From Myxococcota bacterium (lineage in GTDB: Bacteria > Myxococcota_C > UBA6777), in contig JAKLKB010000007.1 of NCBI GenBank assembly GCA_023150835.1, positions 1 to 64,000 on the forward strand: 64,000 bases of DNA. The letters are read 5' to 3'. Below the pieces are notes generated by a model, which saw nothing but the letters and a program-made list of their open reading frames with translations, searched no databases and was not told the DNA's origin. This document shows positions 18,779 to 29,669 of the stretch, one piece after another. The position numbers and the translations under genes are program-made. How positions within the stretch are numbered: the first letter of the stretch is position 1; each line of letters opens with the position of its first letter.

Positions 18779-19071
18779 GGATGTCCTCGTGGTGGCGATA
18801 CTAACCCGCAAAGCAGGTATCGGTGCGTCGATTTGGAGCAAAAGATCGATCCAAATCAACCCCGCGTGGGATGTTTTGGTCTCTTCTCTCCAACAGAATT
18901 TGGCTCTTGCGTCTGTGCAGAGCGGCCTTTATTCTTGGCGATGAACTTTTTTTTCGCAAGTTCTTTTTGCTTCTATCTGCCCAAATATCGCGCCATTCGC
19001 GCATCGGGCAGTGCCCCCCCCCCAGATCGGCCCAACAGCCGCGTGTCATCCAAGAGGAGCCAAACCATCCG

Positions 19072-22000
19072 ATGCAAATCCGACGGGTCGAAGTCAAAGA
19101 TTTCAAAAGCCACAAACACTTTGCCTGCGAATTCAAGCGCGGAACCAACGCGATCTGTGGCCCCAACGGAGCGGGAAAAACCTCGCTGATCGAAGCGATC
19201 GGCTTTGCTTTGTTCAATGCCTCGCCAAGCAAAAAGATGATCGAGATGATCCGCCGAGGCGGACGCAAACTTGAGATCTATGTGGACTTTCAAGCCAGCG
19301 CAGACGAGCGCCTTTATCGGGCTGTACGCACACTCACACCGAGCAGCGCCAGCGTGTATCGCGTGATCGATCTCGAACTCAACGAGTCTGTGGCTGCGGA
19401 CCAAAAAGAATGCCTCAAAAAACTCAGCAACTTGATGGATCTCCACCCCAACACCGACCTACGAAAACTGTACACCGAGATCTTGGGAGTCCCCCAAGGG
19501 ACGATGACCAGCGCTTTTTTGGCAGGCGACAAAGAGCGCCGCGATATCTTTGGCCCGTTGTTGCGGGTCGACGAGTACGATACAGCCTACAAAGAGATGC
19601 AGCCGAAGTTGTTGCGCGAGATGGAGCATCAAAAGTCCCGATTCGAGGCCCAGATCGAATCCAACGCCAAGCGCTTGCTACAACTTCCCGCAGCGACACA
19701 AGAACTGCACGAACGCCAGAGCCTTGTCGCCACAAACGAAAAAGCCTGCGCGGAACTCGAACAAAAAACGCTGCGCCTTCAACAAGAGCTACAAACCCTC
19801 GAAGCCAGAGAAAAAGTCATCGTTGCTCTTGAGGCAGGGCGACAGTCCGCCCTCACCCTCCTGAGCCGCTGCGAAGCCGAGCAAGAACAGGCCCAAAAGA
19901 ACGCCAACGAAGCGCGGGAAGCTCGCGAGATCATCCAACCCCACCTCCGCTCCGCTGCACGCCACACGGAAGCCAAAAAAGAAGAAGCGAGGCTTCTCGA
20001 ACAAGCCAAGCTTTACCAAAAAACGCGAGATAACCGACAAGACAAACGTCACAAACTCGATCTCGCAGAGCGCGAAGAGAAGCGCCTTCAAGAAAAACGC
20101 CTCGAACAACTCGACGCCCAACAGCGCTTGATCGAGATCGAACCGCTGCTTGCGGATTACCAGAGCGCACGCAATGAGCAAAAGCGCCTCGAACAAGAAG
20201 TGACCGCCCTCAACGCGCTGCACTCACAGATCAAAGAACTCGAACAAGAGATCGCACAATGCCACGCGAATATCGAGGCGTGCCAAACGTCCTTGCGGCA
20301 CTGGCCGCTCGTCGAGCAGCAGCTCGAACAACTCCACAGCCTTCGCAAACAAGAACCCTCCGCGCTTCACCTTGTCTCTCAAAAAAAACTCGAACAACAA
20401 GAACACTTGCGGCGAAAAGACGAGATCGAACAGATCCGCCAAGAGATGGCCAAGATCGTCCAAGAAGGCCAATCCGTCGCTTCGCAACTCAAGCAAGCAG
20501 AAGAAGAACGCGAACCTTGCGCGGAACGCCTTGGACATTGGCAACGCGAAACAAGCCGACTGATGGCCGAGATCACACAACTTGAAGTGCGCATCGAGGA
20601 CGAGACCGATTTTCGCGCCGATGTGTCAGGGGGGATCTGCCCCTTCTTTTCCAAACGATGCAACAACCTTCCAGAAGGCCAAGATCTACGGGACTTTTTA
20701 ACAAAAAACATTGAGCGGTACAGACAAGAACTCGCCGATCGCCAAAGCCAATACGCAAAAGCACAACAAGAAGAAAAAGCTGCACAACAAGCCCATAATG
20801 ACCAAATCGCCCGATATACCGCCCTCTCACAACGAAAAAAAGATCTCGAACAACAGTATCGCGAGCGCAGAAACAACAGCAACGCCCGCGAAAAAGAGAT
20901 GCTTGATCACCCTGACGTGACAGACGAATTGAGCGAAGCCGAAGCGACGGTTCTACGCATCCGAACTGAACTGTCGTCGCTTGAAGGCATCGAAGCCACC
21001 CACAAAGAACTCCAAGGAGTACACGCTCAGCTCGGCTCCAACGAATCGAATTTGCGCGTCAAGCAGGCCTACCTCGATACCAAACACACCGAATCCGCTA
21101 AAAAAGCAGGCGTCGGCTCCTTGCTGCACGAGATCCTCAAACGCATCGAAGCGATGGGCGATCCCGAAGCAGAAGCCCGCAGATGGCAACACATCACCCA
21201 AGAACGCACCAAAACAGAAAAAGAATTGCACTCTTGGGAAGCCAAAGCCACCCAACTACGCGGTGAATGCGCTTCTTTGGACCAAGAGATCATCCAACTC
21301 GGCGAACCCGAAGCCGCGCTCGAACATCTGCGCAACGAATTACGCGAGACCCAAAACAGCTACGAGATGCTGCTTCAACACAAAGCAAAAGCCGAAAGCG
21401 TCGAAAAGTACGAAGCTCTCTTTGAAAAAAAGAGACTCGATTGGCAACAAGCCAGTCAACACCTCGCCAAGCTCGACGCCGATCTTTGCGAAGCCAGAAA
21501 AGACTTTGATCCCGAGCAATTACAAGCACAACGCAAAGCACACGCCGACTGCAACGGACTCTTTGAACGCGCACGCGGAGCCCTCGGACCCGCACGCACA
21601 CTCCTTGAAACCAGCCAGCGACTCGTGGCCGAGCTGATGGAGATCGAAGCCAGACAACAGGAGATACAGAACGAATACACCCGACTGATCGAGGCTTTGG
21701 AGTGTTTCCATCTCCTACGAAAAACCATCCGCGACGCCGGACCCAAGATGACAAGCGCGCTGATTCAATCGATCAGCGGACAAGCCAACCGCATCTTTCG
21801 TGAGATCACACAGCGCCACGATTGGGAGATCCAATGGAATGAAGACTTTCTCGCCGAACTCAAAGAAGGCGAACACAGCCGCAGCTTTGCCAACCTCTCG
21901 GGCGGCGAACAGATGGCCGTCGCTTTGGCCATCCGCCTCGCTTTGATCCGTGAACTCTCCGATATCCGCCTCGCCTTTTTCGACGAACCCACCGCCCACA

Positions 22001-22146
22001 TGGATCAAGAGCGACGCCGTGGACTCGCACAGATGATCCGCAGCGTCTCGGACTTCGATCAACTCTTTGTGATCAGCCACGACGATACCTTCGAATCCAT
22101 GACCGATCATTATGTGATCGTTGGCGAAGAAAGCCGAGGCATTTAA
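19072..22146 (+). CDS. sbcC: SbcC/Rad50-like SMC-family ATPase
   Basis: Walker A GPNGAGKTS, Q-loop VPQG, long coiled coils, signature LSGGEQ, FFDEPTAHMD and ISHD. GAGGAG SD site. Confidence 0.9.
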   Translation: MQIRRVEVKDFKSHKHFACEFKRGTNAICGPNGAGKTSLIEAIGFALFNASPSKKMIEMIRRGGRKLEIYVDFQASADERLYRAVRTLTPSSASVYRVIDLELNESVAADQKECLKKLSNLMDLHPNTDLRKLYTEILGVPQGTMTSAFLAGDKERRDIFGPLLRVDEYDTAYKEMQPKLLREMEHQKSRFEAQIESNAKRLLQLPAATQELHERQSLVATNEKACAELEQKTLRLQQELQTLEAREKVIVALEAGRQSALTLLSRCEAEQEQAQKNANEAREAREIIQPHLRSAARHTEAKKEEARLLEQAKLYQKTRDNRQDKRHKLDLAEREEKRLQEKRLEQLDAQQRLIEIEPLLADYQSARNEQKRLEQEVTALNALHSQIKELEQEIAQCHANIEACQTSLRHWPLVEQQLEQLHSLRKQEPSALHLVSQKKLEQQEHLRRKDEIEQIRQEMAKIVQEGQSVASQLKQAEEEREPCAERLGHWQRETSRLMAEITQLEVRIEDETDFRADVSGGICPFFSKRCNNLPEGQDLRDFLTKNIERYRQELADRQSQYAKAQQEEKAAQQAHNDQIARYTALSQRKKDLEQQYRERRNNSNAREKEMLDHPDVTDELSEAEATVLRIRTELSSLEGIEATHKELQGVHAQLGSNESNLRVKQAYLDTKHTESAKKAGVGSLLHEILKRIEAMGDPEAEARRWQHITQERTKTEKELHSWEAKATQLRGECASLDQEIIQLGEPEAALEHLRNELRETQNSYEMLLQHKAKAESVEKYEALFEKKRLDWQQASQHLAKLDADLCEARKDFDPEQLQAQRKAHADCNGLFERARGALGPARTLLETSQRLVAELMEIEARQQEIQNEYTRLIEALECFHLLRKTIRDAGPKMTSALIQSISGQANRIFREITQRHDWEIQWNEDFLAELKEGEHSRSFANLSGGEQMAVALAIRLALIRELSDIRLAFFDEPTAHMDQERRRGLAQMIRSVSDFDQLFVISHDDTFESMTDHYVIVGEESRGI

Positions 22147-24311
22147 CGGCGGGTTGGATGCCAAGGTAGGGGCGACCACAGCAACACCGCGTGTTGTTGG
22201 CTCAAACGAATGATCTGCTGGACTTCTGCAAGCGCATGTCGCGGAAACTGCTGTGGAAACATCTGTTGCAATGAGGCAAGCGCCGCAGGCAACACAGGCG
22301 GCTGCTGAAGGCTCGCACGCGCAGACATCAACTCGCGCAACGAAAAAGCAGGCCCACTATGGACGTACATCGGTTCGGCATACGCGGACTTGCTTCTTTT
22401 CTGCGCCCACGCCACAGCATCGTCCAAACCGCCGCAAGCATCGACCAGTTTGTGCTCCAACGCACGAAAACCAAAGTATACCTTCCCTTGCGCAAGAGCG
22501 TGGATCTCGTCACGCGATCGACGTCGTTGCACCGCGACACGCCCAACGAATTGTTCGTACGCTTCTTCCATCTGCCCCCGACGACGGGCGATATCGGCTT
22601 CCGTTGGATCGTGCGTCACAGAAAACAGCCGACTCCCCTCCGTCCCGCCGATCTCCGTCTGATGGATACGCAGCCGCTGAAACAGATCACGCGCAATAAA
22701 CTTCCCACCAAACACACCGATCGAACCCGTCAAACACCAAGGGCTGCTGATGATCCGCTCTGTCCCACACGCCACATAATACCCTCCCGAAGCCGCGTAG
22801 CTTTCGAGAAAAGCCACCACAGGCTTTTCTTCGCTCAGTCGGCGCAACGCATACCAGATCGCCTCCGAAGCCGTCGCCGCACCACCCCGCGAATCGATCA
22901 ACGCCACCACGCCCTTCACACTCGGATCATAACAAAGCTCGTCGATGATCTCTGTCAGACGATTACTCGATGCCGCTTCCTCCCCGCCCATCACAGGATT
23001 GGGCGTCTCTTCCTCCTGAATCGTCCCCACGATCGGCAAGATCGCGATCGTCGGCGTCCGACGCAGCCGCGTCCATCGCAACCAACGCGGTTGACGCGAC
23101 AAAAATTCGTCCAGATCCATCAACGGCAGATCTTCATCCTCGATCGCCTCCGCAGCTTCGGCTTTTTTGGATCCCTCCACAGATTCCTTCACATCCGTAG
23201 ATTCGGACGTTTTCGATGATTCCACAGCTTTCGCATCTTCGGGCGTTTTCGATGCTTCCACAACCTCGGCCTCTTCGGACGATTTCGATGCCTCTACAAC
23301 CTCGGCCTCTTCGGACGATTTCGATGCCTCTACAACCTCGGCCTCTTCGGACGATTTGTCCGTTTCCGAACAAGCGCGTTCGGTCGAAGGTTCGGCCTGT
23401 TCAGCAGGAGAAGTTTGGGAAGAAGCTGAAGCACGGGATTTGTTTTTTTTGCGATGTTTGCGCTTTTTACGACGTTCCGTTTCTTCGAGCAGATGCTTTT
23501 GGGCGTCTTCGGGCGATGGATAGGGCTGTTTGTCGTGGCCTTCAAGAAAGAAAAAGGTGGAGTGGTCAGGAAAACGAATGGCATCGATCAGGCCGGATTG
23601 GAGGGCTTCTTGTGGAGAGAACACGCCACGATCGAAGATCGCAGCGATCTCTTCGGTGGTGCGTTGTTTGCTTTTTGCGATACGCTCGAAACAGAGCGCC
23701 CGATAATCCGCGATCAGCTCGTCGAGATCTTGGCGATTGGTTGCGGAAGGATAGGCGCGTGTAAACAGTTCGGGGGCGTTTTTGTGTTTTCCCTGCTGGA
23801 TAAAGTCAGGTTTGATCCCGAGGTGTTGGAGCATCTCTCCAAAAAAGAAAGGAGCGAGTGCGGGGCTGTGCAAAAAGACGGGTGCAGCAGGAGATATCAC
23901 CAGTTTGTCAGCAGCGGTGGCCAGATACACTTCGCTGAGCGTGAGTTGTTTTGGGACGATCGCAACAGACTTTCCCGTATCACGGAACTTTTGAAGGGCG
24001 ATGCGCAACTCTTCGAGAGCAGGCCAGTCAGCTTGAAGGTGTTCGATGGTGCAAACAATCCCTTTGACGCGATTGGATCGACCGATAGCTTCGAGAGATT
24101 CGCGCCACTCGTCAAGGGTCAGATCTAGGGCCTCGCCCCTCCAACGCTGCAACAAGCTCAGATGATGCCATCGAGGAAGCGTTTCGCGGAGGTTGACCAT
24201 CAGCAACCGCCCTGTCTTGGGCGGAAAGAATGTGCGTATCACATTAAAAGGAAAGAAGAAGATCGTGCGCAAAAGATTCCAGATCAACAAAACGGGCCAT
24301 CGCAGCAACAT
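22143..24311 (-). CDS. sppA: Signal peptide peptidase SppA (two-domain S49) with acidic insertion
   Basis: Motifs YLATAADK, GKHKNAPE, IDSRGG, AASGGYY, TGSIGV and AQGKVY. GAGG SD site before the ATG at 24311. Confidence 0.92.
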   Translation of the reverse strand: MLLRWPVLLIWNLLRTIFFFPFNVIRTFFPPKTGRLLMVNLRETLPRWHHLSLLQRWRGEALDLTLDEWRESLEAIGRSNRVKGIVCTIEHLQADWPALEELRIALQKFRDTGKSVAIVPKQLTLSEVYLATAADKLVISPAAPVFLHSPALAPFFFGEMLQHLGIKPDFIQQGKHKNAPELFTRAYPSATNRQDLDELIADYRALCFERIAKSKQRTTEEIAAIFDRGVFSPQEALQSGLIDAIRFPDHSTFFFLEGHDKQPYPSPEDAQKHLLEETERRKKRKHRKKNKSRASASSQTSPAEQAEPSTERACSETDKSSEEAEVVEASKSSEEAEVVEASKSSEEAEVVEASKTPEDAKAVESSKTSESTDVKESVEGSKKAEAAEAIEDEDLPLMDLDEFLSRQPRWLRWTRLRRTPTIAILPIVGTIQEEETPNPVMGGEEAASSNRLTEIIDELCYDPSVKGVVALIDSRGGAATASEAIWYALRRLSEEKPVVAFLESYAASGGYYVACGTERIISSPWCLTGSIGVFGGKFIARDLFQRLRIHQTEIGGTEGSRLFSVTHDPTEADIARRRGQMEEAYEQFVGRVAVQRRRSRDEIHALAQGKVYFGFRALEHKLVDACGGLDDAVAWAQKRSKSAYAEPMYVHSGPAFSLRELMSARASLQQPPVLPAALASLQQMFPQQFPRHALAEVQQIIRLSQQHAVLLWSPLPWHPTRR
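23248..23357 (-). repeat. 36-bp in-frame repeat (KSSEEAEVVEAS x3) within sppA
   Basis: Units at 23260, 23296 and 23332. Confidence 0.9.
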
Positions 24312-24463
24312 GCACTTCACCTCAACAAGCAGTCGAACGCCCAACATCGGACACACGACGCGAAGCCCCCTTGATAAGCACGAAACACAGACCACACAAG
24401 ATCGATCGTCGATCAGAGAACAAAGATCGGGAAGGGATAGGGAAAATGTCTGATCTGAGAAGA

Positions 24464-27055
24464 TTATGGGCGTGCAGGGGGCAGCGGAACAAAGAGTAGA
24501 CTTTGGTTTCCATGCGCATCGATCAGGGCTCCCTGTGGAAGCGGCGTGATGGATGTCGGGAAACTATCGATCGCAAGGCGCTTGCGGATCTCTTGGCGGG
24601 ATGGGTCAAACAGCAAGAGTTGGTTTTTGTAGGGGTCCGTCAGCAAGAGATCGCGCCCGTAGGGCTGCATCCGCCCCGAAAACAGGTCAAGCATCACGGC
24701 ATGATCGAGATTGTTTTGCGGATCGATCAGCGCAAAGGCATCGATCTCGTAAATTCGGCCAAGCTGCGTCAGCAACGAAAAGCGCTGGTTGGAGCGTTTC
24801 AACAGTTGCTGTAAACCGCTTTGGAGGCCGGGAAGTACGAGCTTTCGAGAGGGTTCGATCGGCTTGGTCGACTGTGCAGGGATCGGATACAAGGCAAGAA
24901 GCCGAGAGGCGGTGTCAAAGGTCAAGAGATAGAGCTGTTGTTGGTGTTCAAAAAGGCCGATCCCTTGGACTTGTAGATTCATATACTTGGCAGTCAAGCG
25001 CAGATGATCGAGAAAAAACAAGCGTGCAGGGTGTGTGTCTTGAAGAAATCGAAGCCGCGTCAACGAAGCGTCCCGACAATGCAGCAAGTACAACGTGCCA
25101 TCGTTCAATTCACCGTCGCAGATATCTTGTTCTAGTGTGACAAACTGGACGGGTAGATCGGGATCTTGGAGCGAACGCACTCCCACACGACGCAAGGACT
25201 GATCGACAAAGACAAGATGATCTTTGTAAAGGCGAACCCATGCAGGTGTCGGGATCGAATCGATCGACTTCGGAAAGTCTTTTCTGCGCAGATCCAGCGC
25301 CAAAAGGCGTTGCGATTCTTGCTGAAAGAGCCACACATAGGGCGTTTGAGAAGTTGCATCGGCCACCAAGGGCGTATGCGAAAACGTCCCCCATCTCCAT
25401 TGCAAAAACCCCGAATGTTCCGAGAAAACAAACGATCGAAGCGCTTTTTCATACTGCAAGGCTGCAAACACATGCGTTCCTGCAAGGGCGATCGGCGTAC
25501 TCGGCTGGCGATAAAGCAACGGGAAAGAGTCTCTCGGCATCAACTGCGATCTTACATCCAACGAAAGGGTCGATGCCTTCGGAACCAACGAAGGTCGATG
25601 CAAAGAAAGGCGTTGGGTGGTGGTCTGCTGTTGCAAGTCGATCACAACAAGTTCTTCGCGATCAAGCATCGACAAGATGGCGGTGTGTCCGAGCAGTTGG
25701 ATATGCCGAGGCGAAGTTCCTTGCGGGACAGAGAGATAACGCGGTGGGGTGTCGTCGCGCAAAGGAAGAGACCGAACCATGATGTTGTTTTCGGACGCGC
25801 TAAGTGTCACAAGATAATGCGCATTGACGGCCATCTCCAACGGTTGTCGGTGTGTGCTGCGTGTCACTTCGGTGGTGATCTGCTCCGAGGCGATCGGCTC
25901 TTTGCGCGAGAGGTTTGGCGCGATGCGAAACGAAGAGATATCGTTGGAAAGGGCATTCAACACAAAAAACGATCCGTCCAAGTGCGCGAGGCGCACAGGG
26001 CCTTCTCCCACCGGCATCTTGAGCAAGACCGCCAGTTGTTCGTCACGGGGGTGCAGAAACAAGACCTCGTGGGTATCAAAACAAGCCACGACGAAACTGT
26101 CGCCCCAAAAACGCACCGCGCTCGGCTGTTGGCAAGGAAGAGAAAAGCCCTTTGCAGGGGAATGTACACGCCACGGATCCTGCCGAAGCGCAGAAGCAAA
26201 GTCGAGCCAATGTAGACGAGCGGGCTGCACACAAAGGATCGCCGCCTGTGTACCAAACAGCGCAAGATCACGAGGCTGACAGTCTTTGGGCAGATCGAAT
26301 GTTCCGATAGATTGGGGATATCCGACACGCAGATCCACAAGTCGCAAGGCAGGCGGAGAGGTTTGAAGCAAAAGAAGCTGCTGGCCATTGCTGTGCATCT
26401 GTAGAGGGAAAGCAGGCAGCGAAAGCACCGTCGGGAGTTGGTGAAGACGGCTTAATTGGGGAGTTTGTGGCGTTGTATCGGGCCGGCGAGGAAGTTCGGG
26501 GAGGCCATTTGTTGTTGGAGCAAGCCAAGGATACGCAGAGGAGGGCGTCGAAGGAAGCCATGATTCGGGGAGAACAGGCGGAGGCAAAGGAAGATCGAGG
26601 GGAGGCGGCAAAGCACACAGCGCGTACAAGGGAGGTATCCCCTGCTGCAACGAAAGATCGGCGTAAGCCGCCGATGGCATGGTTCGCGTCCATCGCTGCC
26701 GAATAAACCCGATGGTCGGACCGTTCGAACTCCCCACAGCCTGTTTGGAAAAAGCTTCGACCAGCAGATCCACGTCCCCCAAAGGAAGCTGCGGTAAAAA
26801 GAAGTCCTCGACTCCAAGCGGAACTTCGACAGCCCGTTCTCGCAACAGCGGGGATTGCGTAGCACGTTCCCCCTGACAAGTCGTGATCTGGACACGCAAC
26901 CACCGAACTTGATCGGAGTGGAGTTGTATCCGTAAGCGCGGATACATCGTCTGTATCTGCTCTACAGGCGCACAGCCACACAACCACAACAGCCACACAC
27001 ACAAACAGAGCCAACCGCCCCACCACGAGGCTTTCCGCAAAAACGCACGCATCAT
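24464..27055 (-). CDS. Large lipoprotein with probable beta-propeller (YVTN/YncE-like) repeats
   Basis: Lipobox LCGC and a Pro-rich linker, then repeats such as PVGEGPVRLA..FVLNALSNDI and GTSPRHIQL..LVVIDL. Confidence 0.75.
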   Translation of the reverse strand: MMRAFLRKASWWGGWLCLCVWLLWLCGCAPVEQIQTMYPRLRIQLHSDQVRWLRVQITTCQGERATQSPLLRERAVEVPLGVEDFFLPQLPLGDVDLLVEAFSKQAVGSSNGPTIGFIRQRWTRTMPSAAYADLSLQQGIPPLYALCALPPPLDLPLPPPVLPESWLPSTPSSAYPWLAPTTNGLPELPRRPDTTPQTPQLSRLHQLPTVLSLPAFPLQMHSNGQQLLLLQTSPPALRLVDLRVGYPQSIGTFDLPKDCQPRDLALFGTQAAILCVQPARLHWLDFASALRQDPWRVHSPAKGFSLPCQQPSAVRFWGDSFVVACFDTHEVLFLHPRDEQLAVLLKMPVGEGPVRLAHLDGSFFVLNALSNDISSFRIAPNLSRKEPIASEQITTEVTRSTHRQPLEMAVNAHYLVTLSASENNIMVRSLPLRDDTPPRYLSVPQGTSPRHIQLLGHTAILSMLDREELVVIDLQQQTTTQRLSLHRPSLVPKASTLSLDVRSQLMPRDSFPLLYRQPSTPIALAGTHVFAALQYEKALRSFVFSEHSGFLQWRWGTFSHTPLVADATSQTPYVWLFQQESQRLLALDLRRKDFPKSIDSIPTPAWVRLYKDHLVFVDQSLRRVGVRSLQDPDLPVQFVTLEQDICDGELNDGTLYLLHCRDASLTRLRFLQDTHPARLFFLDHLRLTAKYMNLQVQGIGLFEHQQQLYLLTFDTASRLLALYPIPAQSTKPIEPSRKLVLPGLQSGLQQLLKRSNQRFSLLTQLGRIYEIDAFALIDPQNNLDHAVMLDLFSGRMQPYGRDLLLTDPYKNQLLLFDPSRQEIRKRLAIDSFPTSITPLPQGALIDAHGNQSLLFVPLPPARP

Positions 27056-27294
27056 ACCCAAGCAACCTACATCCCAAAAAGGAAGAACACAACGAAGACA
27101 AACCTTGCGCTTTGGGCGGTGTTGTGGTTAGGTGTGAAACATCCGCCTTGTCGTGCAGTTCTCGCCCTTGAGGGTAATCAAGCCGATCCAAGGGGTCAAG
27201 GGAGCGCACAAAAACGCGACCGTAGCGATACGTCGCCGACGAGGTGGGTGTGAGGTTTGTTTTTCGCATTGATTTTTGGGGCATGAGGTTAGAG

Positions 27295-28326
27295 ATGCTT
27301 TGTCGATTCATCCCACAACAAGCTCGTCTCCTTTTGTTGTTTTGCTCGTTCCTTGGTCTTGGGCTGCCCTCTTCCACTCCCTGCTTTGCCCAAGCAAATC
27401 GCGACTTTGTCACCAACCCTTTCCTCAACAAGGGATTGACGCTTTACAACGATCAGCGTTATCCCGAAGCCACACAAGAATTTCTCAAAGTCGCCACAAA
27501 CAACCAATACGCCGTCAGAGAACGCAACCAAGCTCTCAAATACCTCGCCTTCATCCAACTGCTTCAACGCAAACCCAGCACAGCCCGCGATCACTTCATC
27601 GAAGCCCTCAAAAATGATCCCAATTTTGAACTTGATTCCGTTCTCGATCCCCCCAAGTTTTTCGCCTTTTTTCAACTCGTTCGCAAAGACTTTTTGTCGC
27701 GCCGCCAAGTCGTGATCGAAGATCGCTCCCCCACCGAACTCCCCACCGCACAAACCCTTTCGCTGCGCTTTGCGGTGCGCGACGAATTCCAAACCGCCAA
27801 GCGCTTTACGGTGTTCTATCGCGTCGAAGGCAGCGGCCCTTACCAACAAGGCAACCCCACCCTGATCACCGCACAACGCCTCCAAAAAGAACACACCACA
27901 CAACTCGCACAACAAATCTTACAGCGTAGCGACTCTTTCTCTTCTTTTGCGTGTGCTGCCCTCTGCCAAGCCACCCCTGCGGTCACAAAGGCTTACGGCT
28001 TCGATGTCCCCACGCTCACTCCTCCCGATCCCACCGCAGCATACTTCGTCGAATACTACATCGAAGCCTACGACACCCAAGGCCGAACCATCGCAACACT
28101 CGGCAGTACAAGTGATCCCAAACGTGTAAAACGCACCTTGCCCACCACAGGAAACACCAACTACCCCAACTCCAAAGCCACCCCTTTCTATCAAACATGG
28201 TGGTTTTGGACTGTCGTCGGTGTTGTCGTCGTGGGCGGCGTTGTCGCGGGGGTTGTCGTCGGAACCGCCCCCAAACCGATCCCTCCCGCCACCACAGGAA
28301 CTGTGATCGTCACCATCGTTCGTTAA
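27295..28326 (+). CDS. Exported TPR protein with C-terminal WWFW-type transmembrane anchor
   Basis: Signal peptide, TPR-like GLTLYNDQRYPEATQEF..ARDHFIEALKNDPNFELD, and C-terminal PFYQTWWFWTVVGVVVVGG. Confidence 0.8.
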   Translation: MLCRFIPQQARLLLLFCSFLGLGLPSSTPCFAQANRDFVTNPFLNKGLTLYNDQRYPEATQEFLKVATNNQYAVRERNQALKYLAFIQLLQRKPSTARDHFIEALKNDPNFELDSVLDPPKFFAFFQLVRKDFLSRRQVVIEDRSPTELPTAQTLSLRFAVRDEFQTAKRFTVFYRVEGSGPYQQGNPTLITAQRLQKEHTTQLAQQILQRSDSFSSFACAALCQATPAVTKAYGFDVPTLTPPDPTAAYFVEYYIEAYDTQGRTIATLGSTSDPKRVKRTLPTTGNTNYPNSKATPFYQTWWFWTVVGVVVVGGVVAGVVVGTAPKPIPPATTGTVIVTIVR

Positions 28327-28409
28327 ACTACGCGGCCTTTCTCCAAGCGCCTTTTGTGATCGTGGACGCGGAGAAAACGGCTTTTAAAGACATCGGCTAG
28401 GGAAAGAAG

Positions 28410-28877
28410 ATGCTTACGAGATATCGTTGTGTTGTTTGGTTGTTGGGCCTTTTGGCGTGGGTTGGCTTGGGTGCTTGCGCACCGATGGCTGAAGCCCCCG
28501 AGGTCGCGATCCGTGTCGGGGAGCTTCAAGATGGCGTCAACAGCGTGACGCTGTGGATTATCGCTCCCAATTATCCGGGAAGTTCGTCTGTTTCTTGCCA
28601 AGATCTACTCGATCGCAAAACGGTCTTTGATGCCAAAACCTTCGATCAAAAGAAAACCAAATCCGCCATCATCGCTTTCGGTCAGCAAGAAAGTGTGACG
28701 AGTACGATTGAAAGCATCCTGCCCGGAAACTACCTCTTTGTGGTGGGCGGCTACAAAGATGGCTTGCAAGAACTCCCCAACCTGCGCTATATCGGCTGCC
28801 AAGAAGCCAAGGTCGAGGTCGGCAAGAAGCTTGCCCTATCGATCTTTTTGGCGATGGTACCTGTAGCAAAGCCCTAG
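28410..28877 (+). CDS. Small lipoprotein, hypothetical (beta-sandwich-like)
   Basis: Lipobox LGAC. The segment ILPGNYLFVVGGY resembles prealbumin/carboxypeptidase-regulatory-like folds. Confidence 0.75.
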   Translation: MLTRYRCVVWLLGLLAWVGLGACAPMAEAPEVAIRVGELQDGVNSVTLWIIAPNYPGSSSVSCQDLLDRKTVFDAKTFDQKKTKSAIIAFGQQESVTSTIESILPGNYLFVVGGYKDGLQELPNLRYIGCQEAKVEVGKKLALSIFLAMVPVAKP

Positions 28878-28898
28878 TATCGGGCGACTTGGATTTCG

Positions 28899-29669
28899 AT
28901 GACACGTTATCGCTCCCCTGCCTTTTGTTTTTCTAGCCATGCGCATCCTGACGCTCCTGTCCACCTTAAAGATGTTCAAACAGCGATATTCCGGGGACTT
29001 TGGATCTTTATCGTCTGGTGTGTTCTCTTTGGACTCTTGGGATGCCGCCCGATACTGCGCACCCAAGAGCAACTACAAGGCGCCCCCCCCGCACGTGATC
29101 TGCTTGCGGCCTACGTCTTGGATCAACTTCAAACACACCCCGCCAAGTATTTTTCGGTCGGAGGTGTGCGTCTTGGCGATCCCAAAGAACGCGTAGAAGC
29201 GCTTTGGGGAAAACCTTCCCGCCAGACGGGCGATCGTTCAACGTGGGGAGATGCCGATGGAAATCCCCTCTACTCCGTTCTTTGGAAAGAAGTGGTCACT
29301 CGCGTCAGCGCACAATCTCCCCCAAAGCGCGAAAGTCTTGTGGTGCAAATCGACCTTTTTCCCGCTTGTTCCTCCGTCCTCCATCCCGACAACCGCGTGC
29401 TTCTTTCCGAAGCCATCCGCCAAAGCGCTGTCCGTCAAAAACTCTTTGCCGCCATCCCCTTTCCACAACATACCCGACTGGCCAAGCGCTTCTTTTATCT
29501 TCAGCGCGGGTGGGCGGTCGTTTTGTTCTCTGAACTGATCCCCTCACAACAAAAGATCCCTTACGTTGTTCGTCTGTTTTTGGAAACACCCACAACCCCA
29601 CTCCGCCAAGGCACTTCACAGGCGAAACCCACCCAACAACCCCAAACGCACGTCACCGCGAGACTTTAA
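28899..29669 (+). CDS. Probable lipoprotein with BamE/SmpA-like motif
   Basis: Hydrophobic stretch ending LLGC, then GVRLGDPKERVEALWGKP. Confidence 0.65.
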   Translation: MTRYRSPAFCFSSHAHPDAPVHLKDVQTAIFRGLWIFIVWCVLFGLLGCRPILRTQEQLQGAPPARDLLAAYVLDQLQTHPAKYFSVGGVRLGDPKERVEALWGKPSRQTGDRSTWGDADGNPLYSVLWKEVVTRVSAQSPPKRESLVVQIDLFPACSSVLHPDNRVLLSEAIRQSAVRQKLFAAIPFPQHTRLAKRFFYLQRGWAVVLFSELIPSQQKIPYVVRLFLETPTTPLRQGTSQAKPTQQPQTHVTARL

